From assembly GCF_006345805.1 (NCBI RefSeq), contig NC_043001.1, positions 101,866,001 through 101,930,000 on the forward strand: a DNA stretch of 64,000 nucleotides. Direction: 5' to 3'. Of the stretch, positions 36,901 to 50,725 are shown one piece after another. This DNA is from Octopus sinensis. Its lineage: Eukaryota. The notes beneath the pieces are model-generated. The model did not search any database. It saw nothing but the letters and a program-made list of their open reading frames with translations, and was not told the DNA's origin. Every line of letters begins with the position of its first letter. Position 1 is the stretch's first letter. The position numbers and the translations under genes are program-made.

Positions 36901-39487
36901 AACCCCACTCAACTGGAAAGGAAGGAATAGCATTGAGGATTGCAGGTTTGGGCCAGTTGAGAGATTTAAGATTTGGAGGGGTCAGATATAGGTGTTTTGC
37001 AGTAGATACATGGATACTCTTGTTGGGAAAAAAAAAGTGGGTGGGTTGGAGAGTATGATGAAGAGAGTGATAATGGGAGAGGTAATGGTGGGGATGTGTC
37101 AGGACAGGGCCCGCAAGGAACATGGGTGGGGGGTGAAAATAGGTGAGGTGATATAGAAGCTTGGGTTGGGTGAGGGGTCAGGATGAGATGTCTGTGGCAC
37201 CATTGGCTACATTTGCTAAGTTCATAGAAAAAGAATTGGATGGCGTAACTTTCATATTGGGGCTTCAGAACATCTATAACTATTTTTCTCTAATTGAAGA
37301 AAGAATAGGAAAGAAATGAAGAATTGTCTACCTGCAGACAGAGTAATGAGTTTGTATTCCACCATTCTATGCCCCTGGTAGAGTATTTTGCATTTCATAG
37401 TATTACTAACCTGATAGTAAAGCTGGTAACAAGAAAATATGAGAGACAGACAGAGTGAGACAGAATGAGGAAAATTCTAGAATGTAGTGCCAAAATAATT
37501 GGAATCTGATGAGTAATCTGATGGCTTCTGAAGTAAATATTGAATCATTCCACACAGAAATGAAACAATATATAATAATAAGATTCTTATCAGCTGCATA
37601 GGATAAATCTAAATCATCTCAACCATTTATCAATAAGATGCAGTTATAAATTCTGCTTTCTGACACAGTCACACTGTTACGAATTTGTGGGCAATGATCT
37701 ATTCAACGAGTTCAGTTGCTGTACTTCGCTAGTACTTTAATTAATTAACGCAGTGATGATGAAAAACAGAGTCAGCCCCAGCAGGATTTAAATTTAGAAT
37801 GTAAAGAACTGCACTAAATGCCACAAGACAGTTCTACCATTTCATGAAACAATAAATATTGCTTTGATTCTATATCTCATTTCTTCAACTTTTCCATTCC
37901 ATATTTATTCGTGCACTCTCCTCCATATTTGAAACAATTATTCGAGAGTTCCACAAATTCTCTAAAACAGATTATCTACTTTTTATATTACTTAACATTA
38001 ATCACTTAATTAGTTGCTTTTCTCAGTTATGCTAAACTAACCAATCCCTGCTCCCTGCCAACCTCCCTGAGGAAGTTCAACTCCAGTGACCTGTTGTAAA
38101 GCAGTGTCATCATGATTTGGTTCTGTTTCACTCCTAAAGCATCTCAGGTACCCAGAAATCACCCCCTTACCACCTTTGTACCCTTACAGGACCTGCTGAC
38201 TTATTCCTATGTCACAATTAAAAGGGCCAGCAAGGTTGGTGCCGTTGCTATTTGGTTGCCTGATCTCCAGCAACAACAAATTCTCTGGCAACCCCAAAAT
38301 ATCGATTTTGACTGAAAGCTACTCAAAGACCACTCAATGCAGAACCAGAACTTCTGGTACCATATTTCTGTTGAAACATGGTAACATATTCAATTAATTT
38401 GTTCAATTAATTTTGAAAGTAATGAAGAATTCAGTAGAATATTAAACTGGTGTTTGGAGCAAAACTTAACCTGAAATTTATTGGAAGATTTTAACTTCGA
38501 CTGCTTTAAAAGAGGAAGTTGATATCATAGCAACAGGTAGTGATGGTCTCAGATGGGTTGGTGTCTAAAGGTTTAGGATGCTTATCTCTTTCTTCGACCA
38601 CTACTAGCCTCATTATAAACACCCTTTGCACCTCTAACACATGCACACACACACACATATAGTGTATGACAGCAATGTCTTAAATTGAATTCCCTCAAAA
38701 TGCGTTGAGTTATATTCTTGAGAAGACCTGTTGAGTAAAATCAAAACCGTAGCTGTGGCCAGTGCCCCATGACTTGCTCCTGTTCCGGTGGCATGTAAAA
38801 TGCATTATCTGAACATGGTCGATGCCAGTGCCCCCTGACTGGCTCTTGTGCCGGTGGTACATAAAAAGCACCATCTGAACATGGTTAATGCCAGGACTGG
38901 CTCCCGTGCCAATACAAGTGCCTTTGTCATATGTCTTTGCACAAGATCTTTGGTCTCTAAGCTTCATCGTCATTGACTGAAACTGTCTTCCTGAGTTCAG
39001 TCTGAATTTCTGTAAATCAATGCTTACAGGTAAAATAGAGGAGAAGAAATTTTAGAGACCTGAGTTGTGGTAAAGAGAGCTTTTACTGCTATTCATGGTT
39101 GATGGCGAGGAACATGGAGGTACATGGAGGCACAGAGAGATGAGTATATCAGGTGGGTATGGATGAGAAAGATATATGGCTGGTTGTTCAAAGGAGTAGA
39201 AACTATTATGGTAGTGATAGAAGGGACAGAAGGATGACAGAATGTTTCTGCAGATAGTTATGTTCTCTGTGAGATTGCTGGGATATTTTGTATGTTGCTG
39301 CCAGTGAGAGACAGCTATGTGATGGATGTAGTCTCAAGCATGGTTGTCTGGATAACAACTGCACTGTTCCTGACGTGTAAGCAGTTCTTAGGTAAGCTGT
39401 TCTCTTCTATTACAACTGTGATAAAGAAACTGAGCCTTTGGATGCATATTCTTCCTACCACAAACCACTCAATTATGTAATACTGAT

Positions 39488-39920
39488 TTCAAATTTTGGC
39501 CCAAGGCCAGAAGTTTTGAGGGATAAGGCAATTTGGTTACATCAGCCCTAGTGCTCAGCTGGTACTTACTTTAAAAAGATGAAAGGCAAAAATCAATCTC
39601 AGGAGGAATTTGGACCCAGAGAGTAAAAACAGACAAAATGTTTGACAACATTTTGCCTGACATGCTAACAGTTCTACCAACCCACCGCCTTAACCGTGAC
39701 CTTAATATTGGTTTAAAAGTTTGGCACAAAGCCACCAGTACTTTCAGGGGAGGTGGGGAAGTCAGTTACATCAACCCCAGTGCACAACTGGTACTTACTT
39801 CGTCAACCCTGGATGGATTAAAAGGCAAAGTTGGCTTCAGTGAAATTTGAACTCAAAATGTAATGCAAGATGAAATAACACTAAGCATTTTGCTCTCAGC
39901 ACAAACAATTCTGCCACCTC
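39488..39920 (-). mobile_element. Two tandem diverged family C SINEs
   Basis: The ttttggc.caa.gcca...gatgaaaggcaaa...ctaacagttct pattern occurs twice. Confidence 0.65.
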
Positions 39921-41099
39921 ACCACATCCCTCTGTTATGCAATACTAATGGCACCTTTTTGTTAGCCAAGCACACTGAGCTAAGTGGTGTTATGTACCTT
40001 GTACTGGAGTACAATAAAATGGTTAGTGTTGTATGATTTTAAATCTTGACTATTTTAACAATAGTCTGGCATTTTAACCTCATCAACATTGTCTAATTAA
40101 TATCAAATATTAAAAGCAAAGCACTGATAACTTGGAGAGGACAATAATACCATGATAATAGGTTTATCTCTTTCTTTCTCTCTCTCTCTCTCTCACTCTC
40201 CCTAACTCTCTCTCTCTCCCTCTCTCTCTGTCTTCCTCTCTTTCCCTCCTCCTTCTGTCTCTTTCTCTTGAAAAAGACAAACACAATAACTGCAGATATT
40301 CTATAAAATACATTAAACATTGTGAGCAAATAAAAGAATTCTTTGAAAACTAAAATGGATTATGATAAATGTTGAACTGAAAATCCTCTGAATAATTCAA
40401 AATATTCTTCTTTCCAGAGAGAGAGAGGAATGGATGAAAGAGTGATTCTTCGTTCCTCTTCAAAATTTTGTTTTCTTTCTATTTATTTTTTTAGATATCT
40501 TTGTTTACTGCTTTTCATTCATGGCGCCAACTAGAAAGATCTCTACTGAGAAGCTTTCTTTATTTCACAATGTTTATCCTGAAAGCTGCTGTCAAAAAAT
40601 ATGCAGATGTATATGCATACACCCATATACATAAGTGTGTATATGTCTGTATGTATATATATATATATACACATTAAAATATACATGTGTGTGTGTATGT
40701 GGATGTAAGTATATATAAATAGGTACATATATGTGTGTGTGTGAGTGTGTGCTTGTTTAATGTATGTGCACAGACACACACACACACAGACATACATACA
40801 GATGTACACGAGATCAAAAAGAACTTTAATGACAAACATTCCGGAAAGATTATTAAAACAAAAAGAAAAAAATGTCGATGAAATCAAAGTCGTGAAATTC
40901 TAGTATTAAATATTAATATGACATTAATTTTATATTTGAAGCATATAATATAAACTTTACATCTTCATCAGTGTAACAGTAGACATGCTGTGACTATATA
41001 TATATACACTCTTGGTTGAAGACACATATTACTTCTTGCCATCGCATCCTACTCTTGTGTTCATCTCACTCCCCATTACACACAGACAAATTGACTTTA

Positions 41100-41421
<322 letters not shown>

Positions 41422-41753
41422 TAAAAAGTACATGTACATACACGGCTGAATATATATGTATATGTATACACGTATTTCTTTATAAAAGACAAACACACAC
41501 ATCCATGTACACATGCATCAGTGTATGCATATAAATATACATGTGCACACATGCACATGACTGCAAGTGCAGATGTCATTGTATATGTAAATCTTATTAA
41601 ATGCTAAACTTCTTGAATGTTTTACATATTTCAACAGTGCCTTTGACAGCTTATAGCTGTAATCTTGTGATTAGATATGTTCTTTCTGGATTTGTGAATC
41701 TCATCTTCTCAAGATAGGTATTGATGCAATTATTACATAGTCAAATGGTCCAA

Positions 41754-41817
<64 letters not shown>

Positions 41818-42479
41818 TGTGTGTGTGTACATGATGGGCTTCTTTCAGTTTCTGTTTACTAAATCCACTCTCATGTCTTTGATAAGTCCTAGACTATTAC
41901 AGAAGACCCTTGCGCATGGTACCATGTAGTGGGATTGAACCTTGAACCTTGAACCATGTAGCTTAGGAGAAAAGCTTTTACCGTACAACCACACCTACAC
42001 TTATACACACTTGCACACGCACACACACACACAGATATAAACACTTATATGTGTGTGTGTCTGTGTGTCTGTGTGTGTATATGTGTGTGTCTGTGTGTGT
42101 ATGTGTGTGTGTATGTGTACCCATTTATTATATTTGCATAGGGAAATTTGCAATATTTTACTAAATGTCTAATTAATTGAAGTGAAAGGCCTCTGCCTTT
42201 GTATACAGAGGAATTTCAAAGCCAACATTCACCACAGAATGGAACATCATCCACCCCATTAAATCACCCAAGGGTCTAGAATAACCTTGCATTTTATATC
42301 CAGTCAAAATATGTGAATTCTGTTGGCAAATGATACACTTATTGATAAACCCCTAGGAAGAATCTGCATGTTGACCCATGATTTATAAGACATAAATACT
42401 AAACCGCAATAAACTCTACTGAAATCAGTTACAGAGAGCTAATTCTGTCTTAATAGAATTATAATATTCTTGATAAAAA

Positions 42480-43090
42480 TTCATAGGTGTGGCAGTGTGG
42501 TTAGAAGCTTGCTTCCCAACCACATGGTTCCAGTCTCACTGTGTGGCACCTTGGGCAAGTTTCTTCTACTATAGCCTTGGGCCAACCAAAGTCTTGTGGA
42601 TTTGTTAGATGGAAACTGAAAGAAGCACATAAATGTATAACAAGGTGGAAAGAATAGTACTCGAATACCAGAGTTAGAGTAATATGCTTTATTGAAAAGC
42701 AGCAAAAATATCACAAAAACTGTTACTCAGAGTTTCACATTAGTTTCATGTTTCCGTTCATCGGACATTCATCTAAACAAAACTGTCTGATGAACAGGAA
42801 CATGAAACCCTGAGTAACAGTTTTTGTGATATTTTTGCTGCTTTTCAATAAAGTATGTGTGTGTGTGTGCATGTTTATGTCTGTGTTTGTCCCCCACCTC
42901 CACTGCTTGACAACTGGTATTGGTACATTTACATTCCTGTAACTTAGCAGTTCAGCAAAAGAACCAACAGAATATGCTCCAGGCTTAAAAACAAGATAAG
43001 TTACCAGGGTCAATTTATTCAGCTAAAATTCCTTTAAAGGTGGTGCCCCAGCATGGTCGCAACCTATTAACTGAAGTAAGTGAAAGATAA
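42480..43090 (+). mobile_element. Family B SINE interrupted by a hammerhead foldback
   Basis: Head at 42487-42625; the body resumes at about 42857 (gtgtgtgtg...gtttgtccccc) and runs to the tail at about 43090. Confidence 0.75.
42684..42856. mobile_element. Foldback of two head-to-head hammerhead-like motifs
   Basis: Arms of about 73 bp, 16-nt loop. Plus-strand motif AACTGT-CTGATGA-ACAGGAACAT-GAAA-CCCTGAG-TA-ACAGTT at 42781-42822. Confidence 0.75.
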
Positions 43091-45059
43091 AAGATACATA
43101 TATTCATATCATCAAAGACACATATGCAAGAAATTCATACTTGAAAAATTTTAAATTTCAAATTAAAAGTTAGCATTTAGAATTTAATCGCTTTATGAAT
43201 CGATTAATATTAAAAGACTTGATTAAAAGTGTAGTCGAAACCACTTATGAGGATGTGAAATCAGAATATAGTGTTGAAATAATCATTGATTGAAAATAAT
43301 CAAATTTATTGATAATTACTCACTTTTATGCTATATATTCTTTTTCATGCATCATTCATACCATGTTTAATAACTTTAGCATTATTTAAAAAGCATTCTT
43401 TAAAAAAATTATATTTGACCAATAGAAACAAAGATAACTTCCATAAAAGTCAACACTTCTAGAAAACGAATTTACAATCTTTCTATCTAGACAACAAAAC
43501 ACGACAATGAATCCCTCAAAATTAATTTAATGTGTTAATCTTACCCTAGTTTTTATTTCTTTTGTTGCACAAATTTTTCACTTCTATTCTCACATTATCA
43601 CAATCTGATGTCTTTTCTTTTGTTTAATTTTACATACATTAAACTACTTATGGGAACAATAGACTGTAAATTGACTGTATTTGTTTAATGAGTGAAAATC
43701 TCCTATGGCAGTGAATGGAATATATGTGCATTTATTTTAATTAGACTTCAACTTACACACATGCATTCACATATATATATGGTGCAAAAATAAGAAATAA
43801 ATATAAAGACAAGGTAAAAAAGCTAATAGAGTGTATTAGGTTTATGGTGGGGAAATATAGGAAAAATCTTTTGTTTCAAGCATATTCTCTTTAGAAAGAA
43901 AAGATGAGGAGGGAGAAAACCAGAGAGAGAAAGAGAATGGAACCAAGTGTGTCTCACTAATTTGATCACTGCATGCTGAAATGACCAGAAGGGGAAGAGG
44001 TTGCTAGAGGCATGAGTGACATGGGAGACAACTGTGAAAGTTGACTTGAGGCATGGGTGGCAAGAAGGACAACTGTGAACTTGGCATGTTTGTGTGTGTG
44101 AGAGAGAGAGAGAGAGAGAGCAAGCGCATGTGTGTGTATGGAGCTAATTTGTACACGTATACCCTGTATTTTTATGGATGTGTATATGTATATATGCACG
44201 TGTGTGTGTGTGCATGTGTTAATGTCTGTATGCATGTGTGTGTACAAGTTTCTGTTTGTGTGTGTGTGAGAGGATGCTATGTGTGTCACATTGAAAGGAG
44301 ATGTTTAGAGGAATGGTGTGAGAAAAGTGGTAGGAGTAGGAAAGTGTGAAGGTGGACTGTAATGGAAGTGTGGGTGTAGGTGTGTGAACTAGGATGGTAG
44401 AGTGTGTGTGTGTGTGTGTGGAGGTGTATGTATATGTTGTTTGAATGTGATAGTGTAGTTGTTGGGGGATAGAAGAAGGGACAGTGAGAAAGTAAGATGT
44501 GGGTGTTGTGTGAAGAGGGGCTTAAATGAAAAGGGGTGGAGAATTTAGACTGTTGGGGATGAAACATGGAGGGAGAAAATTAATTAATTCCTACTCCAGA
44601 CAGAGATGTGAGCACATGTGGCCTCTGTGCAAGGCTAGTCAAAACACAGAGTAGTTGAGCAGAAATTACTCAAGACCGGGATATCATTACCAAGTCTGAT
44701 ATCCCAAAGATTTTCAGTAAAACAGTCAACCAAGCATCAATCAGTGTGTCCAATGAGCAGGGAGTGGCAAAAAGAATGGTGGATACAGTAAATCAAATAA
44801 CTGGAGGAGCAAGTGAAGAGTAGTATTGAAGGGATGAGAAAAGAGATAAACATGAAGTAAACACAGCATTACAAATCCATCCATCGTGGAATTGCCGATG
44901 TTGGTCAAGTTTATTTCCAAGACTTCATTTTCAAGCCTTGACAGCCTGAATAGCTTCTAAAATTCCCTCAACTTAGAAAAATATGAAACATGAAACCGAA
45001 TTGAACACTTAGTCTGGCCCTGTTAAGAATTCCTCTGATGCATCGGGTGAAAGGATATG

Positions 45060-45395
45060 CTTGAGAAGACCTGTTCAGTCAAGTAAAACCAATATCATAG
45101 CTGTGGCCAGTTTCCCCTGACTGGTTCCCGTGCCTGTGGTGCATAAAAAGCACCATCTGAATGTGTTCGATACCAGGTCTGCTTGACTAGCTCCTGTGCC
45201 GGTGGCATGTAAAAAGCACCCACTACACTCTTGGAGTGGTTGGCGTTAGGAAGGGCATCCAGCTGTAGAAACATCGCTAGATCAGATTGGAGCTTGGTGC
45301 AGCCATTGGCTCTCCAGACCTCAGTCAAACCGTCCAACCCATGCCAGCATAGAAAACGGACGTTAAATGATGAGGTTGATGATGATGATGATGAG
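45060..45395 (+). mobile_element. Family A repeat
   Basis: Ends with aaaacggacgttaaatgatgaggttgatgatgatg. Confidence 0.85.
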
Positions 45396-46133
45396 TACAA
45401 AATATTGTTGTTTGCTTTAGCTGTCTTAGACAGTCTTCACGTTCTCAAGTTGCAGAAATGACCAGATTCCATATTATAAGGTCTCATGTTTCATTCTATT
45501 GTCTGCTATCTTGAATATGTGTCCGTAGCTCGAGGTCCACCAAACTTTTGTGAGTGAAATTGGAAAGTAAAGATCCTTGGCTGGACTTTACCTGTTTAGG
45601 TACTGCTTCACTTGCTCCATACGGCATGACATTGATTCCTCTTGAGAATTCTCTAAATGGTACAAGTGTCTGTAGAAATGTCAGCTGTATTCGTTATAAT
45701 TTAATCAAACAACTGCAACATTTATCATCAAAGCAGAGAGAGAAATATATTTACTTATCCCACCCACACACCCCACCCCCAGCACTTACCTCTCCCACCA
45801 GCCATATAAAAACAAACAAAACTCATTCGGTTCTCATCTGTCAGTCGTTACACATCATCAGAGAATCTTTATCCATTGTAATTCATCGTCAGGATTATTT
45901 CAAATATTTTCATCACCAGATTTATAAGAAACTAATTCCTAACTTACTCTAGTAAATCAGTCTTGCAGCAGCAGAAGCAGCAGTGGCATCAGCAGGAGTA
46001 GTATGTGCTGAACATGTATACACACACACACTTTTTTTATTTGTGGTTTGGCAAGGCCACCAATGCAGCATTGCCATGATAGATCGTTAGCCACTACACG
46101 CATTTTTTTTCTCTCCTTGTTTTTTCTGTGTCC

Positions 46134-46170
46134 CTTTCTGTAGAAGAGCGTAGGCTCAAAACGTAAAAGA
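46134..46170 (+). ncRNA. Degenerate hammerhead motif (same family as 17353)
   Basis: CTTT-CTGTAGA-A-GAGC(GTAG)GCTC-AAAA-CG-TA-AAAG: both boxes mutated. Confidence 0.45.
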
Positions 46171-46422
46171 CTTTTTCTATTCCTGAGCGTTATACTAATA
46201 CATCTGTTTGTTTTGTACACCACCTATCTTTGTCTTTTGTTTTTTCGTAAACTCTCCCTATATATATATATATACATATATATATACATGTGTGTGTGTG
46301 TGTGTGTATGTGTGTGTGTGTGTGTGTATACACATTCAGCTCATTTTTGTATGTGGTTCACAAGATACTTTATGTGAATTCATGTGTTGAAACAATTTCG
46401 TTGTGTCTAGGGTGCGTCATTT

Positions 46423-46633
46423 TGCCAATATAATTAACACACACACACTGGTTCAATTCCACTCCTTTATTAAATATCCATTTGCTTTCTGCAACCTTCT
46501 CAGTGGCTATTGACTGCATAGATAGTTACTGCAAAGCATACAAAGAGCAATGAAGGAGCTTTGACAAAAAATAATCGAATATTTGATAAATTAGTGAAAT
46601 TGAACCAGTGTGTGTGTGTTAATTATATTGGCA
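46423..46633. repeat. Inverted repeat, perfect 36-bp arms
   Basis: tgccaatataattaacacacacacactggttcaatt (46423-46458) and its exact reverse complement (46598-46633). Confidence 0.85.
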
Positions 46634-46672
46634 TAACGATTCTAACAAAATTATATATATATATATATATAT

Positions 46673-46813
46673 ATAAAATATTATTAGAGACAAAACCACT
46701 ATTTTGCAAAACAACAAGGAAAGACTTAATCAATACATAAATTTTATGTATTGATTAAGTCTTTCCTTGTTTGTTTTGCAAAATAGTGGTTTTGTCTCTA
46801 ATAATATTTTATA
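46673..46813. repeat. Near-perfect palindrome, about 70-bp arms, 1-nt centre
   Basis: Arms differ by a single 1-nt indel; centre cataaa-t-tttatg near 46742. Confidence 0.9.
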
Positions 46814-46891
46814 ATATTTTACTATAAAATTGGATTTAATTCTAAATCTGATTTTTTCCCTGTAAATTTGGATTTATTCCCTAATATTTAT

Positions 46892-46929
<38 letters not shown>

Positions 46930-46941
46930 AGATAGACAGAC

Positions 46942-46992
<51 letters not shown>

Positions 46993-47147
46993 CAGACAGA
47001 CAACCAGATAGATACATAGATAGATCAGTACCTGGTGCACCCCCCCCCGCCGTCCCCAGCTTACCAGTTTTCAGTCAAACCGTCCAATCTATGGCAGCAT
47101 GAAAAGCAGACATAAAATGACGATGGTGATGATGATGATGACGATGA

Positions 47148-47182
<35 letters not shown>

Positions 47183-47614
47183 AAAAAGGGAAATGAGGAA
47201 AACTTCTAAGAATGCAAAGATGAAAGTTGCAAACCCTTCATATGTTTTTTTTTTGCACAAAGGTCCATCTTTAGATGGGTACAGTCAAAGAAACGTGCAT
47301 CTAACGTTGATCCTGCCATTTGCATTGGCCGATGGGCAGTGATCTCATTTTCATTTCACAGCTTGTGCTAGTAGCAGCAGCAGTGATTCTTCCAAATGAT
47401 GGTTTTGTTGATGCCATGCAGGTCATACTGGGCTCAGTGGTTGAAGATTGGTTGTAGATTGGCAGCTGTAGGTTGGTGAAGACAGTAGCAGTCAGTGGTG
47501 GAATATGTCCCTGTTGACAAGATGCTGGCTACAAGAGAAATTTACAATGAACTCAGTTCTTACATGGAACTATACAAATAGACCATATGTGCTATAAATA
47601 TCAATTTTAAATAA

Positions 47615-47878
47615 CATTATTTACATTGTTTACATTATTTACATTTGACAGATATTTGTCCTCATCTTGTTGTTAACACAATGTTTCGGCTGATATACCC
47701 TCCAAGCTTTCATCAGGTGTCTTGGGAAAATTTCAAACCTGGGTTCTCATTCCTAAGGTATTTTTGGATGTTGTTGGTGTTGTTGTTGTCATCGTTGTTA
47801 TAATTATTATTATTATTATTAAATAATGTAAATAACCTAAATAATGTACATAATTCCTCGTCTCTTAAATATAGAACT
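47615..47878 (-). mobile_element. Penelope-like repeat of the same family as 28381-28827
   Basis: Shared tttacatttgac...gtttcggctgatataccctcc...catcaggtgtcttggg...cctaagg and the cttaaatatagaactg end; hammerhead-like motif at 47675-47721 (-). Confidence 0.8.
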
Positions 47879-48375
47879 GAATTTTAGATAAGTTCTTCAC
47901 CCTTGAAGTAGATATTGGTAATGGTGATTTATACACAGAAGAAAATAGTATCCCTCATCATTTCATTTACTCTCATTCCACCAACATCACCAACCCTCGG
48001 GCAATGGTCAACATCTTTTCTTGTAAGAATGTACCCTACTTCGATACTAGGACTTTCATTTGCTCTTTTGCTTGTATTTTGATTCCAATATCTTCGTGTA
48101 TACAGATTCTACAGTGTACGTTAAGAAAATATTTTCATGCGTAAAAGTTCTGGTCATGTCTCTCTCTCTCTCTCTCTTTATTGAAAAAGTCCTTCGGAAT
48201 TACATTTTCATTTTATAACATGAAAAATCAGTTGGTAGATTTATTTTGTGAAATGGGATTTTGTGTTGTAGCAAGATTTTCAGGATTGTAGTACTTCTGG
48301 AAAATGTGCAGATCTGTGTGTGTGCGTGCACGTGTGTGCATGCACATGTGTGCGTGCACGCGTGTGTGTGCTTAG

Positions 48376-48421
<46 letters not shown>

Positions 48422-48559
48422 GTAAAAAATATAAACTGGGACAAGAACGCAAAACATTTAGAAGACGATACAAAAAACACGGACGGGACATTCGAAGCCT
48501 TCAATCTTCAGTCAAGAACTGGATCATCCTCGCAAATATGTATATATGTATATATGTAC

Positions 48560-48880
48560 ATATATCACCACCATGATCACCATGACTGACCAGGCCATCA
48601 GATGTTGCTACACATCGCTGGTCACAATGCACTTCCCATTGTTTTAGCCTTCAAACGACACCACCCTGCTGGCTAAGCGAGCAGGCCAATAGAAGAAAGA
48701 GTGAGAGAAAGTTGTGGCGAAAGAGTACAGCAGGGATCGCCACCACCCCCTGCCGGAGCATCATGGAGCTATAGGTATTTTCGCTCAATAAACACTCACA
48801 ACGCCCGGTCTGGGAATCGAAACCGCGATCCTACGACCACAAGTCCGCTGCCCTAACCACTGGGCCATTGCGCCTCCTCT
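48560..48880 (-). mobile_element. Family E tRNA-derived SINE, young-looking (CpG-rich)
   Basis: Minus strand: ggaggcgcaatggcccagtggttagggcagcggac...gcggtttcgattcccagaccgg (A and B boxes) followed by a non-tRNA body. Confidence 0.85.
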
Positions 48881-48974
48881 ATACATATATACATATATTT
48901 ATGTATATATATATATATATATGTGTATATGTTTATGTGTATATGCATATATATATATATACATATATATATAT

Positions 48975-49225
48975 ATCATCATCATCGTCATCATCATTTA
49001 ACGTCCGCTTCCCATGCTGGCATGGGTTGGACGGTTTGACAGAAGGCTGCACCAGGCTTCAACCTGATTTGGCAAAGTTTCTACGACTGGATGTCCTTCC
49101 TAACACCAACCACTTCAAGAGTGTAGGGTATGTTTTAACGTGCCACCAGCACGAGGGCCAGTCAGGCAGTACTGGCATCGACTATGCCCAAATGGTGCTT
49201 TTTACGTGTGACCTGCACAGGAACC
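48975..49225 (-). mobile_element. Family A repeat
   Basis: Matches the family consensus. Confidence 0.85.
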
Positions 49226-49462
49226 AGTCGTTTGTATGTGTATATATATATATATATATATACACACACATACACACTCACACATATGTGTACTTTTTTT
49301 TATTAAAGCTGCAGAAACATCACAAAAATCTGTGACTCAGAGTTTCACTTTCCTGTTCATTGGGCAGTTGTGATACATACATACATACATACATACATAC
49401 ATACATACATACATACATACATACATCATACATACATACACACACACATATACATACATACA

Positions 49463-49498
<36 letters not shown>

Positions 49499-49539
49499 TA
49501 TATACATAAATACATATAAATATGTGTGTATGTGTATAT

Positions 49540-49574
<35 letters not shown>

Positions 49575-49720
49575 TGGCATTAGGAAGGGCATCCAGCTGT
49601 AGAAACTCTGCAAGATCAGATTGAGCCTGGTGCAGCCATCTGGTTTGCCAGTCCTCAGTCAACCTGTCCAACCCATGCCAGCATGGAAAGCGGACTTTAA
49701 ACGATGACGATGATGATATA
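49575..49720 (+). mobile_element. Family A repeat, 3' part
   Basis: Inverted relative to the copy at 48975. Confidence 0.85.
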
Positions 49721-50489
49721 TCATCATCATCATCATAATATATATGTCTGTGGTGCATGTGTTTGTATGTAAATCTATGTATATACAGTGGCTTGAATTT
49801 GAATACTGTGTTCAGTAATCACTCACCATATCACGATTCACCTTTCATTCCCTAAGTACATCACGGATTTTTCTGGCTAATATATGTAAATTTATATCAC
49901 AGACTCCTCAGTATATCATGGGTTTCTGCAGCCGATAAAGTATTTATATTTTTTAGATTTTAATTATTTCCGTGGTAAAATAAGCGTTTTCATGCCTTCA
50001 AATTAATTAATCAATTAACAAAAATACAGAACAGAACTTCACTGTATAACACATTAATTAATATATATTAAAAGAGAATTAAAATATATTAATTAAAGTA
50101 TATTAAAAGAAAATACATAGCATACCATAGATGAGTAATCAAAGAATTGCACATATTGTATGGAAAAACGAATCTCGAGAGGTGAGTGTGTGGTGTTGTT
50201 TTGCATTTATGATAAAATAAATATATACAAATTATAAAAATAATTTTAAAAACTATACAGTATGGTACCATTTCTGTTTTCCAGATTTTCCCCAATCACG
50301 GTGGAATTTGGAAATGTAACACTCACAATAGTCAAGGGATTGCTGTATATCAAACAATATTTATTTCTCATTAGATGGACGGCTATTTTTTGTTGATTCC
50401 ACAATAATAGAATAGTAAACTATATAGACATATACACACCTATACACATAGATATGTATGTGTATGTATGCACACTATACATACATATA

Positions 50490-50725
50490 CATAAGACGGC
50501 AAGCTGGCAGAAACGTTGGCACGCCGGGCAAAATGTGCAGCTGTATTTCATTTGCCATTATGTTCTGAGTTCAAATGCCGCCGAGGTCAAATTTGCCTTT
50601 CATCCTTTCGGGGTCGATAAATTAAGTACCAGTTACACACTGGGGTCGATGTAATCAACTTAATCCGTTTGTCTGTCCTTGTTTGTGCTCTCTGTGTTTA
50701 GCCTCTTGTGGGTAGTAAAGAAATA
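50490..50725 (+). mobile_element. Family C SINE, full length
   Basis: Nearly identical to the 24332 copy, including the gggtagtaaagaaata tail. Confidence 0.9.

Noticed and set aside
44580-45000. Coding-like sequence, possibly a very old CR1 piece
   Set aside because: Motif match too fragmentary to call.
47340-47540. Open frames with strong acceptors on both strands
   Set aside because: No good donor and no recognisable product.
48485-48520. Minus-strand CTGAAGA...CTTC-GAAT-GTC in a Penelope-like tail
   Set aside because: GAAT instead of GAAA and no valid stem II closure.
48800-48880. tRNA-like sequence with A and B boxes
   Set aside because: Continues into a SINE body with no proper acceptor stem, so it is a SINE head. 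The same applies to the family B, C and D heads.
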